Assembly: GCA_036388255.1 (NCBI GenBank)
Contig: DASVSD010000015.1
Coordinates: 1,962-65,961 of the forward strand
Length of the DNA: 64,000 nt
From: Allosphingosinicella sp.
GTDB lineage: Bacteria > Pseudomonadota > Alphaproteobacteria > Sphingomonadales > Sphingomonadaceae
Direction of reading: 5' to 3'
The position numbers and the translations under genes were made by a program. Numbering within the stretch: position 1 is the stretch's first letter; every line of letters begins with the position of its first letter. A model generated the notes under the pieces. That model saw nothing but the letters and a program-made list of their open reading frames with translations, had not been told where the DNA came from and searched no databases. This document shows, one piece after another, positions 28,120-37,640 of the stretch.

Positions 28120-29490
28120 ATGCAGACCGCCCGGAACAGGAACGCGCCCTTCGTCCCCTCGCATCCGCCGCGCGGCGAGAAGCCGGTGGCGACCTGGCGC
28201 GGCTTCGTCGGCGAGCGGGCGCGGACGGCGGTCTATGGCTGGTCGGAGCTCGCCTTCCGCGAGACCTATATCCGGCGGCGGATCCTCGGCTTCAACGTCC
28301 ACATCCCGCTCGACCCCGAGCTGGTCCAGCACGTCATGCTCGACAATGCGGCGAACTACGCCAAGCCCGACATCGTCAAGGGCCTGCTGGCTCCCGCGAT
28401 CGGCCGCGGCCTGCTCACCTCCGACGGCGCCCTGTGGCGGGAGCAGAGGAAGATCGTCGCGGCCAATTTTTCGCCCGCCGCGGTGGACGGTCTGGTGCCC
28501 GAATTCGGCGCGGTGGGGCGCGAGGCGCTCGCCCGGTGGGAGCCGGGGGTGCGCAACATGGCGCTCGAGGCGACCCAGGCGACGATGCGCGTCATCTCCA
28601 ACACCCTGTTCAGCGGCGACGCGCGGCTGACCAGCGACGCGGCCATGGCCCACATCACCGCGGCGCTCGAAGGCTTCAGCGAGGCGCGCCTGCAGGCGAT
28701 GCTCGGCCTGCCGCGCATCCCCTGGACGCCGCGCGGGTGGAAGGCGAAGCGCGGCCAGGCCTATTTGCGGCGGACCCTGGAGGCGGTGGTCCGGGAGCGG
28801 CTTCCGGACGGCGGGCCCGACGACTTCCTCGGCCGCCTGATCCGCGGCCTCAACGCGAAGTTCGAGCCGAAGGAGGCCGCCGCGCTCGCCGCCGACAATG
28901 CGATGACCTTCTACCTCGCCGGCCACGAGACCACCGCCAATGCGGTGAGCTGGACGCTCTACCTCCTCTCCGAGCAGCCCGAGCTGCAGCAGGCGGCCGC
29001 GGAGGAAGCGGCGGCGGCCCTCGCCGGCGGCGAGGGACCCGAGCTGGCCGAGCGGCTGTCGCTGCTGCGCCGCGTGCTCGAGGAGGCGCTGCGTCTCTAT
29101 CCTCCCGCCCCGCGCTTCGACCGCCAGGCGGTGGCCGCCGACGATCTCGGCGGGCACACGGTCGCGGCCGGCGACATCGTCTCGATCTGGCCCTGGCTGC
29201 TCCACCGCCACCAGTCCCTGTGGGACGAGCCCGACCGCTTCGACCCCGACCGCTTCCTCCCCGAGCACCGCGCCGGCCGCCATCGCTTCCAGTACATCCC
29301 GTTTGGAGGCGGGCCGCGGCTCTGCGTGGGCGCCCGCTTCGCGACCGTCGAGGCGCTGGCCATCCTCGCTCACTGGCTCGCCGCCTGGCGCTTCTCGCCT
29401 TCGCCCGGCCGCGAGGTGCGAGTCCACGGCCTCGTCACCCTTCGCCCCCAGGGCGGGCTCCCGCTGGCGCTGGAGAAGCGATCCGCGTGA
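28120..29490 (+). CDS. Cytochrome P450
   Basis: AGHETT (I helix), EALR (ExxR), FDPDRF, PFGGGPRLCVG haem-binding Cys. Confidence 0.95.
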   Translation: MQTARNRNAPFVPSHPPRGEKPVATWRGFVGERARTAVYGWSELAFRETYIRRRILGFNVHIPLDPELVQHVMLDNAANYAKPDIVKGLLAPAIGRGLLTSDGALWREQRKIVAANFSPAAVDGLVPEFGAVGREALARWEPGVRNMALEATQATMRVISNTLFSGDARLTSDAAMAHITAALEGFSEARLQAMLGLPRIPWTPRGWKAKRGQAYLRRTLEAVVRERLPDGGPDDFLGRLIRGLNAKFEPKEAAALAADNAMTFYLAGHETTANAVSWTLYLLSEQPELQQAAAEEAAAALAGGEGPELAERLSLLRRVLEEALRLYPPAPRFDRQAVAADDLGGHTVAAGDIVSIWPWLLHRHQSLWDEPDRFDPDRFLPEHRAGRHRFQYIPFGGGPRLCVGARFATVEALAILAHWLAAWRFSPSPGREVRVHGLVTLRPQGGLPLALEKRSA

Positions 29491-29497
29491 TTTGCTA

Positions 29498-29514
29498 TTG
29501 CGAATAATTCTCAA
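29498..29514. promoter_or_regulatory. Fur-type iron box
   Basis: TTGCGAAT-A-ATTCTCAA near-perfect palindrome upstream of the TonB-dependent receptor. Confidence 0.7.
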
Positions 29515-29560
29515 GAGCGATAGCCCCTCCCGACGCAGAGTGCGCAGAGGGAGTGTTTCG

Positions 29561-31711
29561 TTGGTCGTTGGTACCGTTTCGTTGATTGCCGTATCGGCCG
29601 CGCTCGCCGCCCCCGCTTGGGCCGAAGCCCCGGCCGACGAGTCCGCGGCCTCCGCCGGGTCGGTCGAGCTGGCCGCCGCCGAAGCCGAAGCCGCGCAAGG
29701 CGGCGCGATCGTGGTGACCGGCCAGCGCGCCGAATATGGCGCCCGCTCGACCCGCAGCGCCACCCGCACCGACACCGAGATCCGCGACGTGCCCCAGGCG
29801 ATGACGGTGATCTCGGAAAGCCAGATCGAGGACCAGGCGCTGCGCTCGATCGCCGACGTGCTGACCTACGTCCCGGGCGCCACGCCGGGCACCGGCGAGA
29901 GCAACCGCGACCAGATCACTTTGCGCGGCAACAACACGACCGCCGACTTCTTCCTCGACGGCCTTCGCGACGATTCCCAATATTTCCGCGACCTCTACAA
30001 CGTCGACCGGGTCGAGGTGCTGCGGGGCCCCAATGCGATGATCTTCGGCCGCGGCGGCGGCGGCGGCGTCGTCAACCGGGTGACCAAGCGCGCCAGTGGC
30101 GAGGCCTATCGCGAGTTCGCGCTGGCCGGCGACAGCGAGGGCGGCGTGCGGATCACCGGCGACGTCGACCAGCCGCTCGGCTCCGGCATCGGGCTGCGCG
30201 TCAACGGCGTCTGGGAGCATGGCGAAAGCTTCCGCCGCGGGGTCGAGATCGACCGCTGGGGCGTCAATCCGACGCTCGGCGTCACCCTCGGTGAAACCCG
30301 CCTCGATTTCTCCTACGAGTTCTTCCACGACCGCCGCACCACCGATCGCGGCGTCCCCGCCTTCAACGACCGCCCGCTCGAAGGGCATGACCGCCTGTTC
30401 TTCGGCGATCCCGAGGACAGCTTCGCCGACGTCGATGTCCATATCGGCAGCTTCGCGGTCGAGCACCGGCTCGCCGAGGGCCTCACCCTGCGCAACCGCA
30501 CCCAATATGCCGATTACGACAAGGCCTATCAGAACATCTATCCCTCCGACCTCGACGAGGCGACCGGCGTCGTCAGCCTCTCCGCCTATCGCGACACCGC
30601 CCGGCGGCACAATCTGATCAGCCAGACCGACCTCGTCTGGCGCGCCGACACGGGAGGCGTCGGCCACACATTGCTGTTCGGCGTCGAGCTCGCCCGGCAG
30701 GAGACTCGCAGCCGCCGCCTCAACGGCTTCTTCCAGCCGAGCGACAGCGCCAGCTTCGGCGTCCCGGTGTCCTCCCCGACGATCGACGCCGACATCATCT
30801 TCCGCCCGGTCAATACCAACGCCACCCGCACGCCGGCAAACTGGAACGAGACCGAGGCGACCGTCGCCGCGATCTACGTCCAGGACCAGATCCGGATCTC
30901 CGACGCCTTCGAGATCCTCGCCGGCCTGCGCTTCGACCGCTTCGATCTCGACGCGGTCAACCTCAACAACGGCGTGCGGTTCGGCCGCACCGACGAATTG
31001 GTCTCGCCGCGCCTCGGCCTGATTTTCCGCCCGGCACCCGAGCTGACGCTCTACGCCAGCTACAGCCGCTCCTATCTGCCCAGCGCGGGCGATCAGTTCA
31101 CCTCGCTCGACCTCACCGGCGCGGCGCTGGAGCCCGAGCGCTTCGACAATTACGAGGTGGGCGCGAAATGGGAGCCCGTCCCGGGCCTGCTCGCGACCCT
31201 CGCCGTCTACCAGCTCGACCGCACCAACACCCGCGCGCCCGGGCCGACCCCCGGCACGATCGTGCTCACCGGCGCGCAGCGCAGCCGCGGCATCGAGATC
31301 GGCCTCGAGCGCAACGTCACCGACCGCTGGCAGGTCTCGGCCGGCTACGCGCTCCAGGAGGCCGAGATCAGCCGCACCACCGCCGCCGCGCCGGCCGGCC
31401 GTGCCGTGCCCCTGGTTCCGCGCCACCAATTCTCGATGTGGAACCGCTACGAGGTCGCGGAGCGCTTAGGCCTGGGCCTGGGCCTGGTCGCCCGCTCGCG
31501 CATGTACAGCTCGATCGGCAACGCAGTGACCCTGCCCGGCTACGCCCGCCTGGATGCCGCCGCCTTCTTCGAGCTCAGCGAGGGCATCGAGGCCCAGCTC
31601 AACCTCGAGAACGTCACCGGCGCCGATTATTTCGCCACCGCCCACAACGACAACAACATCGCCCCCGGCGCCCCCCGCACCCTCCGCGCCACGGTCCGCT
31701 TCACGTTCTGA
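29561..31711 (+). CDS. TonB-dependent siderophore receptor
   Basis: TTG start after GAGGGAG; signal peptide; IVVTG TonB box; plug RVEVLRGP; terminal Phe. Confidence 0.92.
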   Translation: MVVGTVSLIAVSAALAAPAWAEAPADESAASAGSVELAAAEAEAAQGGAIVVTGQRAEYGARSTRSATRTDTEIRDVPQAMTVISESQIEDQALRSIADVLTYVPGATPGTGESNRDQITLRGNNTTADFFLDGLRDDSQYFRDLYNVDRVEVLRGPNAMIFGRGGGGGVVNRVTKRASGEAYREFALAGDSEGGVRITGDVDQPLGSGIGLRVNGVWEHGESFRRGVEIDRWGVNPTLGVTLGETRLDFSYEFFHDRRTTDRGVPAFNDRPLEGHDRLFFGDPEDSFADVDVHIGSFAVEHRLAEGLTLRNRTQYADYDKAYQNIYPSDLDEATGVVSLSAYRDTARRHNLISQTDLVWRADTGGVGHTLLFGVELARQETRSRRLNGFFQPSDSASFGVPVSSPTIDADIIFRPVNTNATRTPANWNETEATVAAIYVQDQIRISDAFEILAGLRFDRFDLDAVNLNNGVRFGRTDELVSPRLGLIFRPAPELTLYASYSRSYLPSAGDQFTSLDLTGAALEPERFDNYEVGAKWEPVPGLLATLAVYQLDRTNTRAPGPTPGTIVLTGAQRSRGIEIGLERNVTDRWQVSAGYALQEAEISRTTAAAPAGRAVPLVPRHQFSMWNRYEVAERLGLGLGLVARSRMYSSIGNAVTLPGYARLDAAAFFELSEGIEAQLNLENVTGADYFATAHNDNNIAPGAPRTLRATVRFTF

Positions 31712-31715
31712 AGGG

Positions 31716-32001
31716 TCCTCCCCAACGACAGATGGGGAGGGGGACCACACGAAATGGGCAGGTCGCCGTGTCCCCCGGACACGGCTGGACAGTCCGGGGG
31801 ACTGTCCACCTGACCATGGTGGAGGGGTAATTGGCGCAGGCCCGCAAATTGAAGCGCTCGACTCACCGAGGCCTGCGCAGCTACCCCTCCACCATGCGTC
31901 GCATGTGTTCGAGCGAGATCGTGTCCCCCGGACACGATCTTGGACTGCCGGGGGCAGTCCAAAGCTCGAACACCCTCCCCACCGCTTCGCGGCAGGGAGG
32001 A
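31716..32001. repeat. Composite REP doublet with nested mini-hairpins
   Basis: Outer arms of the cydAB-type REP; each arm carries GTGTCCCCCGGACAC and TGGACxG..GGGGG..xGTCCA hairpins. Confidence 0.8.
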
Positions 32002-32003
32002 AT

Positions 32004-32693
32004 ATGAACGTCGCCATCCTCGAAACCGGGCGCCCGCCGGGCGACCTCGCGGCGCGGTTCGGCGACTATCCGGCGATGTTCCGCGACCTGCTCGGTTCGG
32101 ACTTCGAGACCGCCACCTACGATGCCGCAGCGGGCGAGCTGCCGGTGCGGCCGGAAGTGCACGACGCCTATCTGATCACGGGCTCGCCGGCAGGCGTCCA
32201 CGACGACCTGCCCTGGATCGCCCCGCTCGAGGGCTTCCTGCGCGGGGCCAAGGGCAAGGCGAAGCTGGTCGGGATCTGCTTCGGCCATCAGATCATGGCC
32301 GAGGCCTTCGGCGGCAGGGTCGAGAAGTCGGACAAGGGCTGGGGCGTCGGCCTCCAGACCTACGAGGTGGCCGCCCGCGCCCCGTGGATGGACGATGCCG
32401 GGCGCATCGCCGTCCCGGTCTCGCACCAGGACCAGGTGGTCGTGCAGCCGCCGCAAACCACAATCCTCGCCGCTTCCGCCTTCACTCCGTTCGGCATGCT
32501 CGCCTATCGCGACCAGCCGGCGATCTCGATGCAGTTCCACCCGGAGTTCGCGCCGGATTACGCCAAAGCGCTGATCGCGCTTCGCCGCGACATCCTCCCC
32601 GATCCCGACGCCGCCGCGGCCTCGCTCGACCGGCCCGACGACCGCGCCCGCGTCGCCGCATGGATACGTCGCTTTCTGAAGGACGGCACATGA
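32004..32693 (+). CDS. Type 1 glutamine amidotransferase
   Basis: ITGSP, GICFGHQ, QFHPE catalytic triad motifs. Confidence 0.92.
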   Translation: MNVAILETGRPPGDLAARFGDYPAMFRDLLGSDFETATYDAAAGELPVRPEVHDAYLITGSPAGVHDDLPWIAPLEGFLRGAKGKAKLVGICFGHQIMAEAFGGRVEKSDKGWGVGLQTYEVAARAPWMDDAGRIAVPVSHQDQVVVQPPQTTILAASAFTPFGMLAYRDQPAISMQFHPEFAPDYAKALIALRRDILPDPDAAAASLDRPDDRARVAAWIRRFLKDGT

Positions 32694-33208
32694 CCGAGTG
32701 GCGCGCCGTGCAGGCGGACATCACCACCCTCGCGGTCGACGCGATCGTCAACGCCGCGAACAGCTCGCTGCTCGGAGGCGGGGGCGTCGACGGCGCCATC
32801 CACCGCGCGGCGGGGCCCGACCTGGTCCACGAATGCCGCATCGTCGGCGGCTGCCCGACCGGCGAGGCGCGGATGACGAAAGGGTACCGCCTCCCGGCGC
32901 GCCACGTGATCCATACCGTCGGCCCCGTCTGGCGCGGCGGCGACAAAAGCGAGCCCGAGAAGCTCGCCGCCTGCTATCGCAACAGCCTGCGCCTCGCCCG
33001 CGAAAAGGGCCTGCGCACCGTCGCCTTCCCCGCAATCTCGACCGGCATCTACGGCTATCCGCCGCCGCTCGCGGCAGCAGTCGCGGCGCAGGCCGTGGCC
33101 GCCGAGCTCGCCGCGCATCCGGACGCCTTCGACGAGATCCTGTTCGTGGGCTTCAGCCCCGATGCGGCGAGCATCTACGCCGAGGCGATCGCGACCGCAC
33201 GAGGGTAG
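32690..33208 (+). CDS. Macro-domain O-acetyl-ADP-ribose deacetylase (YmdB-like)
   Basis: [42 protein letters not shown]. Confidence 0.93.
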   Translation: MTEWRAVQADITTLAVDAIVNAANSSLLGGGGVDGAIHRAAGPDLVHECRIVGGCPTGEARMTKGYRLPARHVIHTVGPVWRGGDKSEPEKLAACYRNSLRLAREKGLRTVAFPAISTGIYGYPPPLAAAVAAQAVAAELAAHPDAFDEILFVGFSPDAASIYAEAIATARG

Positions 33209-33227
33209 GGGACAGCCCCTCCCCCGC

Positions 33228-33902
33228 CTAGAAGAAGTCGACCTTGTCGTAATGGGCGGGCGGCGAGATCACCTCCATCCGCTCGGTCAGCAAAGGACGG
33301 AAGCTGGGCCGCGACTTGATCACCGAATACCAGTCCGTCGTCTGCTTGTGCCCGCGCCACTCGATGCCGCCGAGATAGTCGGCGACCGACAGATGCGCCG
33401 CCGCCGCGAGGTCGGCGAGGCTGAGCACCGGGCCGGCGAGCCAGCGGCGGTGATCGAGCAGATAATCGAGATAGTCGAGATAGTTGTTGGCCACCTTCAT
33501 CGCCTCGCGCAGCACCCGCGTGTCGGGCGGATCGCGCGCGACCAGCCGCTTGGTCATCCGCTCTTCCATCATCGGCGCCACCACCTCGCAATAGAGCTGG
33601 TCGTCGAGCCAGGCGACGAGCCGGCGGACCTCGGCGCGGTTGACCGCCGTGCCCGGGATCATCGGCGATTTCTGGATCGTCTCCTCGAAATATTCGCAGA
33701 TCGCGCCGCTGTCGATCAGCACCGTGCCGACCTTGTCGTCGACCAGCACCGGCGTCTGCCCGGCCGGGTTCATGTCGACGAACTCGTCGCGCCTCAGCCA
33801 GGGCGATTCGCGCACCAGCTCGTGCGCCACGCCCTTCTCGCCCAGCAGCAGCCGGACCTTGCGCGAGAACGGGCAGAGCGGGAACTGGTAGAGCTGCCAC
33901 AT
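33228..33902 (-). CDS. fzlA: GST-family FtsZ-binding protein FzlA
   Basis: LYQFPLCPFSRKVRL, NPAGQTP, SVADYLG, IKSRPSFRPLL, HYDKVDF. Confidence 0.8.
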   Translation of the reverse strand: MWQLYQFPLCPFSRKVRLLLGEKGVAHELVRESPWLRRDEFVDMNPAGQTPVLVDDKVGTVLIDSGAICEYFEETIQKSPMIPGTAVNRAEVRRLVAWLDDQLYCEVVAPMMEERMTKRLVARDPPDTRVLREAMKVANNYLDYLDYLLDHRRWLAGPVLSLADLAAAAHLSVADYLGGIEWRGHKQTTDWYSVIKSRPSFRPLLTERMEVISPPAHYDKVDFF

Positions 33903-33982
33903 CGCCACAGGCTTTAGCGCCCGCGCCGAATAGGTCTACGGACCTTTTGCAGGCCGAGCAGCGGGGAGGCGGAAAACCGCGC

Positions 33983-34435
33983 TCAGCGGCGCCCGCGCCT
34001 GGCGCGGGCCGCGTCGATGGCGCGGGCGACGTCCGCCTCCATCCGCTCGAGAGCGCGCCGCATCTCGGGGGCGACGATTGCGAGCTGCTCGGCCGCGGCG
34101 CCCGCGCCCGCGGTCGCGGCGCGAATGTCGTCGCGAAGCCGCGCCTCGAAAGTGGGGTCGCCGTCGGCGGCCAGGTCGCCGAGCGTCTCGTCGCGCCGAT
34201 GCGGCCGGCGATGGCGCGCGCCGCGGGGATCGGCCGCATCGATCGCGTCGACCAGCGGCCCGATCGGCACATCGAGCAGCGCCCCGACCACGCGGTCGAC
34301 CGCTACGCCCGCGGCCTCGACCTCGGCCGGATGCGGGATCGCGCGAACCAGGTCGCGGTCGGCATCGTCGTGGGGATGGGCGGCAGCCGGTCCGGCGGCC
34401 GCCAAAGCGGCAAGGCCGATCAGGATCCTACGCAT
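33983..34435 (-). CDS. Hypothetical secreted protein
   Basis: GAGGAGG RBS; signal peptide ending AAA-HP. Confidence 0.7.
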   Translation of the reverse strand: MRRILIGLAALAAAGPAAAHPHDDADRDLVRAIPHPAEVEAAGVAVDRVVGALLDVPIGPLVDAIDAADPRGARHRRPHRRDETLGDLAADGDPTFEARLRDDIRAATAGAGAAAEQLAIVAPEMRRALERMEADVARAIDAARARRGRR

Positions 34436-34543
34436 ACAAGCCTCCTCGAACTCGACAGGTGCCGCACGCGGCGAAAACGCCCGGGCGCGCGACTCGGTTG
34501 CGCCAGCCTAGCCGCCGCGCCTGAGCCGATCCTGAACGGCGTC

Positions 34544-35821
34544 TCAATGGTCGTGCTGCTCGCCGCCCTCGCCATGGTCGTGGTCCTCGCCCGATTCGTC
34601 GGCGCCGGGTGGCGGAGACGGCCGCGGAAGGTGCGCCGTCGCCCGCTCGATCCGCTGGGACACGGCGGGGATCTGCACGGCGATTCGCGGCAGCAGCTGG
34701 ACCAGGCCGCGGACCAGCGCCGGGTCCTCGAACGCGCGGTAGGTCTCGAGGTTGAGGCGGCGGCCGGCCGGCGACGAGAAGAAGCCCGCCATCGCATCGA
34801 GCTCCGCGACGGTGAACTCGCGGGCGTAGAAGACCGCCGCGATCCGCTTCCAGTCCGGCTCGATCGCCGTCCCCATCCGGGCCATCTCGCCCGCGGCGAA
34901 CCGCGCGATGACCGGCAGGCGGCGGCTGAAATGCGGGTCGAAGGCGCTGGCGATGGCGGCGAGGGTCGCATTGGGATCGACCTGGGCCTGCGGCGGCAGC
35001 GGAATCCCGAAATCGCCGACGCGCATCGCGAGCACGGCATTCAGCGCCGGCTCCAGGTTGAGAGGCTGATCGAACAGGCCGGTCGGCCACACCGCCTCGG
35101 CCATCCGGTTCCCCGCGGCGAGCCTCGCGGGATCGGCGGCCGGCAGCGGCGGCACGGCCGGCGCCGCGCGCGGCGGCGCGGGCGGGGCGGGAGGCGGCGT
35201 CGACCCTGCAGGCGGCCTCGTCTCCCCGGGGAAGGGCGGCAGGTCGGCGGTGGCCGCGAGATAGCGCTGGTCGGCGCCTTCCATCGCCCTTTCCATCTGC
35301 GGAGTGAGGGCCCGCATCGCTTGGTCGTATTCGGGGCTGAGCGCGACGTTGATCGCCCCTTCGTAGAAGCGCCGGCCGATCGGGCTGGCGTAGAAGCGGG
35401 CGCCTTCCTCCAGCTCGGCGAGCGAGAGGCGGCGGGCGTAGAAATCGGCGAGCAGGCTCCTGAGGTTCGGATCGATCTCGCGCAGGATCCGATTCGCCTC
35501 CTCGCCGACCACCCGCGCCGTGATCCGCGTCCGCTCCGCGAGGTGCGGATCGCGGCGGGCCTCCTCGGGGTCGCGGCTTTCCTGTGCCGCGGCGTGCTGG
35601 ACTCCGGCGTCGATCGCCCGCTCGAGCAGCGACTGCGGGAGCGCCTCGTCGACGAGGCGGCGCGCCGCCGCCAGCCGCGCCGCATCGGGCGCGGCCGGCT
35701 CCGCCGCGGCCGGAACCGTCTGGACCGCCACCGGCGCCGGGACCGTCGCGGGCGGCTGCTGCGCCGCGGCCAGCGAAGCGGACGATGCCAGCAAAGCGGT
35801 CATAATCGTCTTGCGAATCAT
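34544..35821 (-). CDS. Secreted protein with two DUF2059-like domains
   Basis: Signal peptide; two YARxxSxxELxxxxxFxxSPxGRR-like motifs; His-rich tail. Confidence 0.75.
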   Translation of the reverse strand: MIRKTIMTALLASSASLAAAQQPPATVPAPVAVQTVPAAAEPAAPDAARLAAARRLVDEALPQSLLERAIDAGVQHAAAQESRDPEEARRDPHLAERTRITARVVGEEANRILREIDPNLRSLLADFYARRLSLAELEEGARFYASPIGRRFYEGAINVALSPEYDQAMRALTPQMERAMEGADQRYLAATADLPPFPGETRPPAGSTPPPAPPAPPRAAPAVPPLPAADPARLAAGNRMAEAVWPTGLFDQPLNLEPALNAVLAMRVGDFGIPLPPQAQVDPNATLAAIASAFDPHFSRRLPVIARFAAGEMARMGTAIEPDWKRIAAVFYAREFTVAELDAMAGFFSSPAGRRLNLETYRAFEDPALVRGLVQLLPRIAVQIPAVSQRIERATAHLPRPSPPPGADESGEDHDHGEGGEQHDH

Positions 35822-35874
35822 GCTCTTGTCACCCCCTGAATGCTCGCCGCAGACTGCCCAAGAAAAGGCCGAAG

Positions 35875-36963
35875 TCAACCGATCCGCGTCAGCCGGGCGG
35901 CGAGCGGCACGAGCATCGGCAACGCGCCGAGCAGCCGCATCAGGGCGCCGCGCGGGCCGCTGCGCTCCGCCGCGCCGCGGAGGCGCTCGGCCACCGCGAC
36001 GGGGCGCGCCGCGCGGCGGGCGAAGCCGCGCTGCCAGGCCTCGGCCGCGCCCGGTCCGCCGGCGAGAAACGCCTCCGCCGCGCCGATGCCGCTGGTGAGC
36101 GCGATGGCGATGCCGTCGCCGGCGAGCGAGGCGATGACCGCCGCCTGGTCTCCGATCCGGAACAGGCCCGGCTGTGTCGTCACCGCGCGCCAGCCGTAAG
36201 GCACGCCCGCCACTGCCTCCCACGCTTCCGGCGCCGCGCCGCCGATCCGGTCGCCGAGCCGCGGCGCTTCCGCCGCGATCGCCTCGACCAGCGCCGCCGG
36301 GCTTCCGGCCGCCGCGAGCCGGCGCCGCGAGACCGAGAGGCAGAGGTTCGCGCTTCCATCTTCCTGAAGCAAAAGGCCGGCATAGCCCTCGTCGAACAGA
36401 TGCAGCTCGATGAAGCCGGCGAGCGCAGCCGCGAGACGCGGCGAGCCGGGAAGCGCGGCGCGCAGGCCGGCGGCCGGCTCCTCGCGCTGTCCCTCGAGCG
36501 GCCTCGCGAGGCCGCGCAGCTCGTGCTTGCCGGTGGCGAGGAACAGGGCTTCGGCCTCGACCTCCTCGCCGTCGTCGAGCCGCAGCCGGCGCCCCTCGGC
36601 GGCCCGCACGGCGCGGCCGCGGACCAGCCGCGCGCCCGCCGCTTCGGCCGCGTCGAGCAGGGCCGCGTCGAGCCGGCGCCGCGAAAGGCCGGCGGCGAGC
36701 CGCGGGAGCCTCGCTTCGACGACGCGCTCGCCCGAGACCAGCCGCAGCCGCTCGATCGGCCGCGCGCCCAGGGCCGCCGCATCCACGCCGAGCCGGCGCA
36801 AGGCGGCGAGCGCGTCCCAGCCGAGGAAGCCCCCGCAGACCACGTCGCGCTCCCCGGCCGTGCGCTCGATCAGCTCGGGCTCGAGCCCGGAGCGGGCGAG
36901 CGCGATCGCGGCGGCGGACCCGGCCGGCCCGCCGCCGGCGATCAGCGCGCGCGCTCGACGCAC
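35875..36963 (-). CDS. FAD-dependent oxidoreductase
   Basis: ALIAGGGPAG, VCGGFL, IGDQAAVIASLAGDGIAIAL. Confidence 0.88.
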   Translation of the reverse strand: MRRARALIAGGGPAGSAAAIALARSGLEPELIERTAGERDVVCGGFLGWDALAALRRLGVDAAALGARPIERLRLVSGERVVEARLPRLAAGLSRRRLDAALLDAAEAAGARLVRGRAVRAAEGRRLRLDDGEEVEAEALFLATGKHELRGLARPLEGQREEPAAGLRAALPGSPRLAAALAGFIELHLFDEGYAGLLLQEDGSANLCLSVSRRRLAAAGSPAALVEAIAAEAPRLGDRIGGAAPEAWEAVAGVPYGWRAVTTQPGLFRIGDQAAVIASLAGDGIAIALTSGIGAAEAFLAGGPGAAEAWQRGFARRAARPVAVAERLRGAAERSGPRGALMRLLGALPMLVPLAARLTRIG

Positions 36964-37640
36964 AGCCGCAGCGGGAACCGGCGGACCACCTTCGGCCCCG
37001 CCGGATCGATGCCCGATTCCGCGATCAGCCGCTCCCAGTCGCCACGCCTGAAGCCGCGCTGGATCGAGGTGCAGCCGTCCTCGCGCACCATCCGGTGCCA
37101 GCGCATGGTGCGCGCCAGGATCGGGAAGCTCCAATAAGCGAGCGGGTGGCGGTGGATGTCGTTGACGTACCAGCCGATCCGCGCCTCCGCCTCCATGAAG
37201 CGGAGGAAGGCGTGCAGCTCCGCGTCGGTCATGTGATGGGTGGTCGAGCTCGAGATCACATAGTCCCAGCCCGCGCCGGCCGTGTCGGCATAGTCGCCGG
37301 TGCGGTATTCGATCGGCAGGCCGGGAGGAGTCGCGGTGGACGCCGCGGCGAGGCTGCGTTCGTTGAGGTCGACGCCGACCAGCTCGGCTTCGAACCCGCG
37401 CCGTCCCGCCCAGCAGGCGATCGCGCGCAGCATGTCCCCCTGGCCGTAACCGACGTCGAGCAGCCTGAAGCTGCGCCGGCCGTTCAGCGTGCGGCGAATG
37501 AAGGCGATGGTCGGCCGGTAGACCATCAGCAAGGAATTGACCCTGGCGAGATCCCCGATCACCGCCGCATAGACCTTCGGATCCAGCGCGGGGTCATCCA
37601 TCTGCTCGTCGGCGACCAGCCGATGCGAGAGCCGGCTCAT
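36942..37640 (-). CDS. Class I SAM-dependent methyltransferase
   Basis: EQMDDP, LLDVGYGQGD, GVDLN, DGCTSIQRGF. Confidence 0.88.
   Translation of the reverse strand: MSRLSHRLVADEQMDDPALDPKVYAAVIGDLARVNSLLMVYRPTIAFIRRTLNGRRSFRLLDVGYGQGDMLRAIACWAGRRGFEAELVGVDLNERSLAAASTATPPGLPIEYRTGDYADTAGAGWDYVISSSTTHHMTDAELHAFLRFMEAEARIGWYVNDIHRHPLAYWSFPILARTMRWHRMVREDGCTSIQRGFRRGDWERLIAESGIDPAGPKVVRRFPLRLCVERAR

Noticed and set aside
32690-33208. Macro domain as a defence component (DarG- or Thoeris-like)
   Set aside because: Canonical stand-alone YmdB-type sequence with host-like GC and no toxin partner
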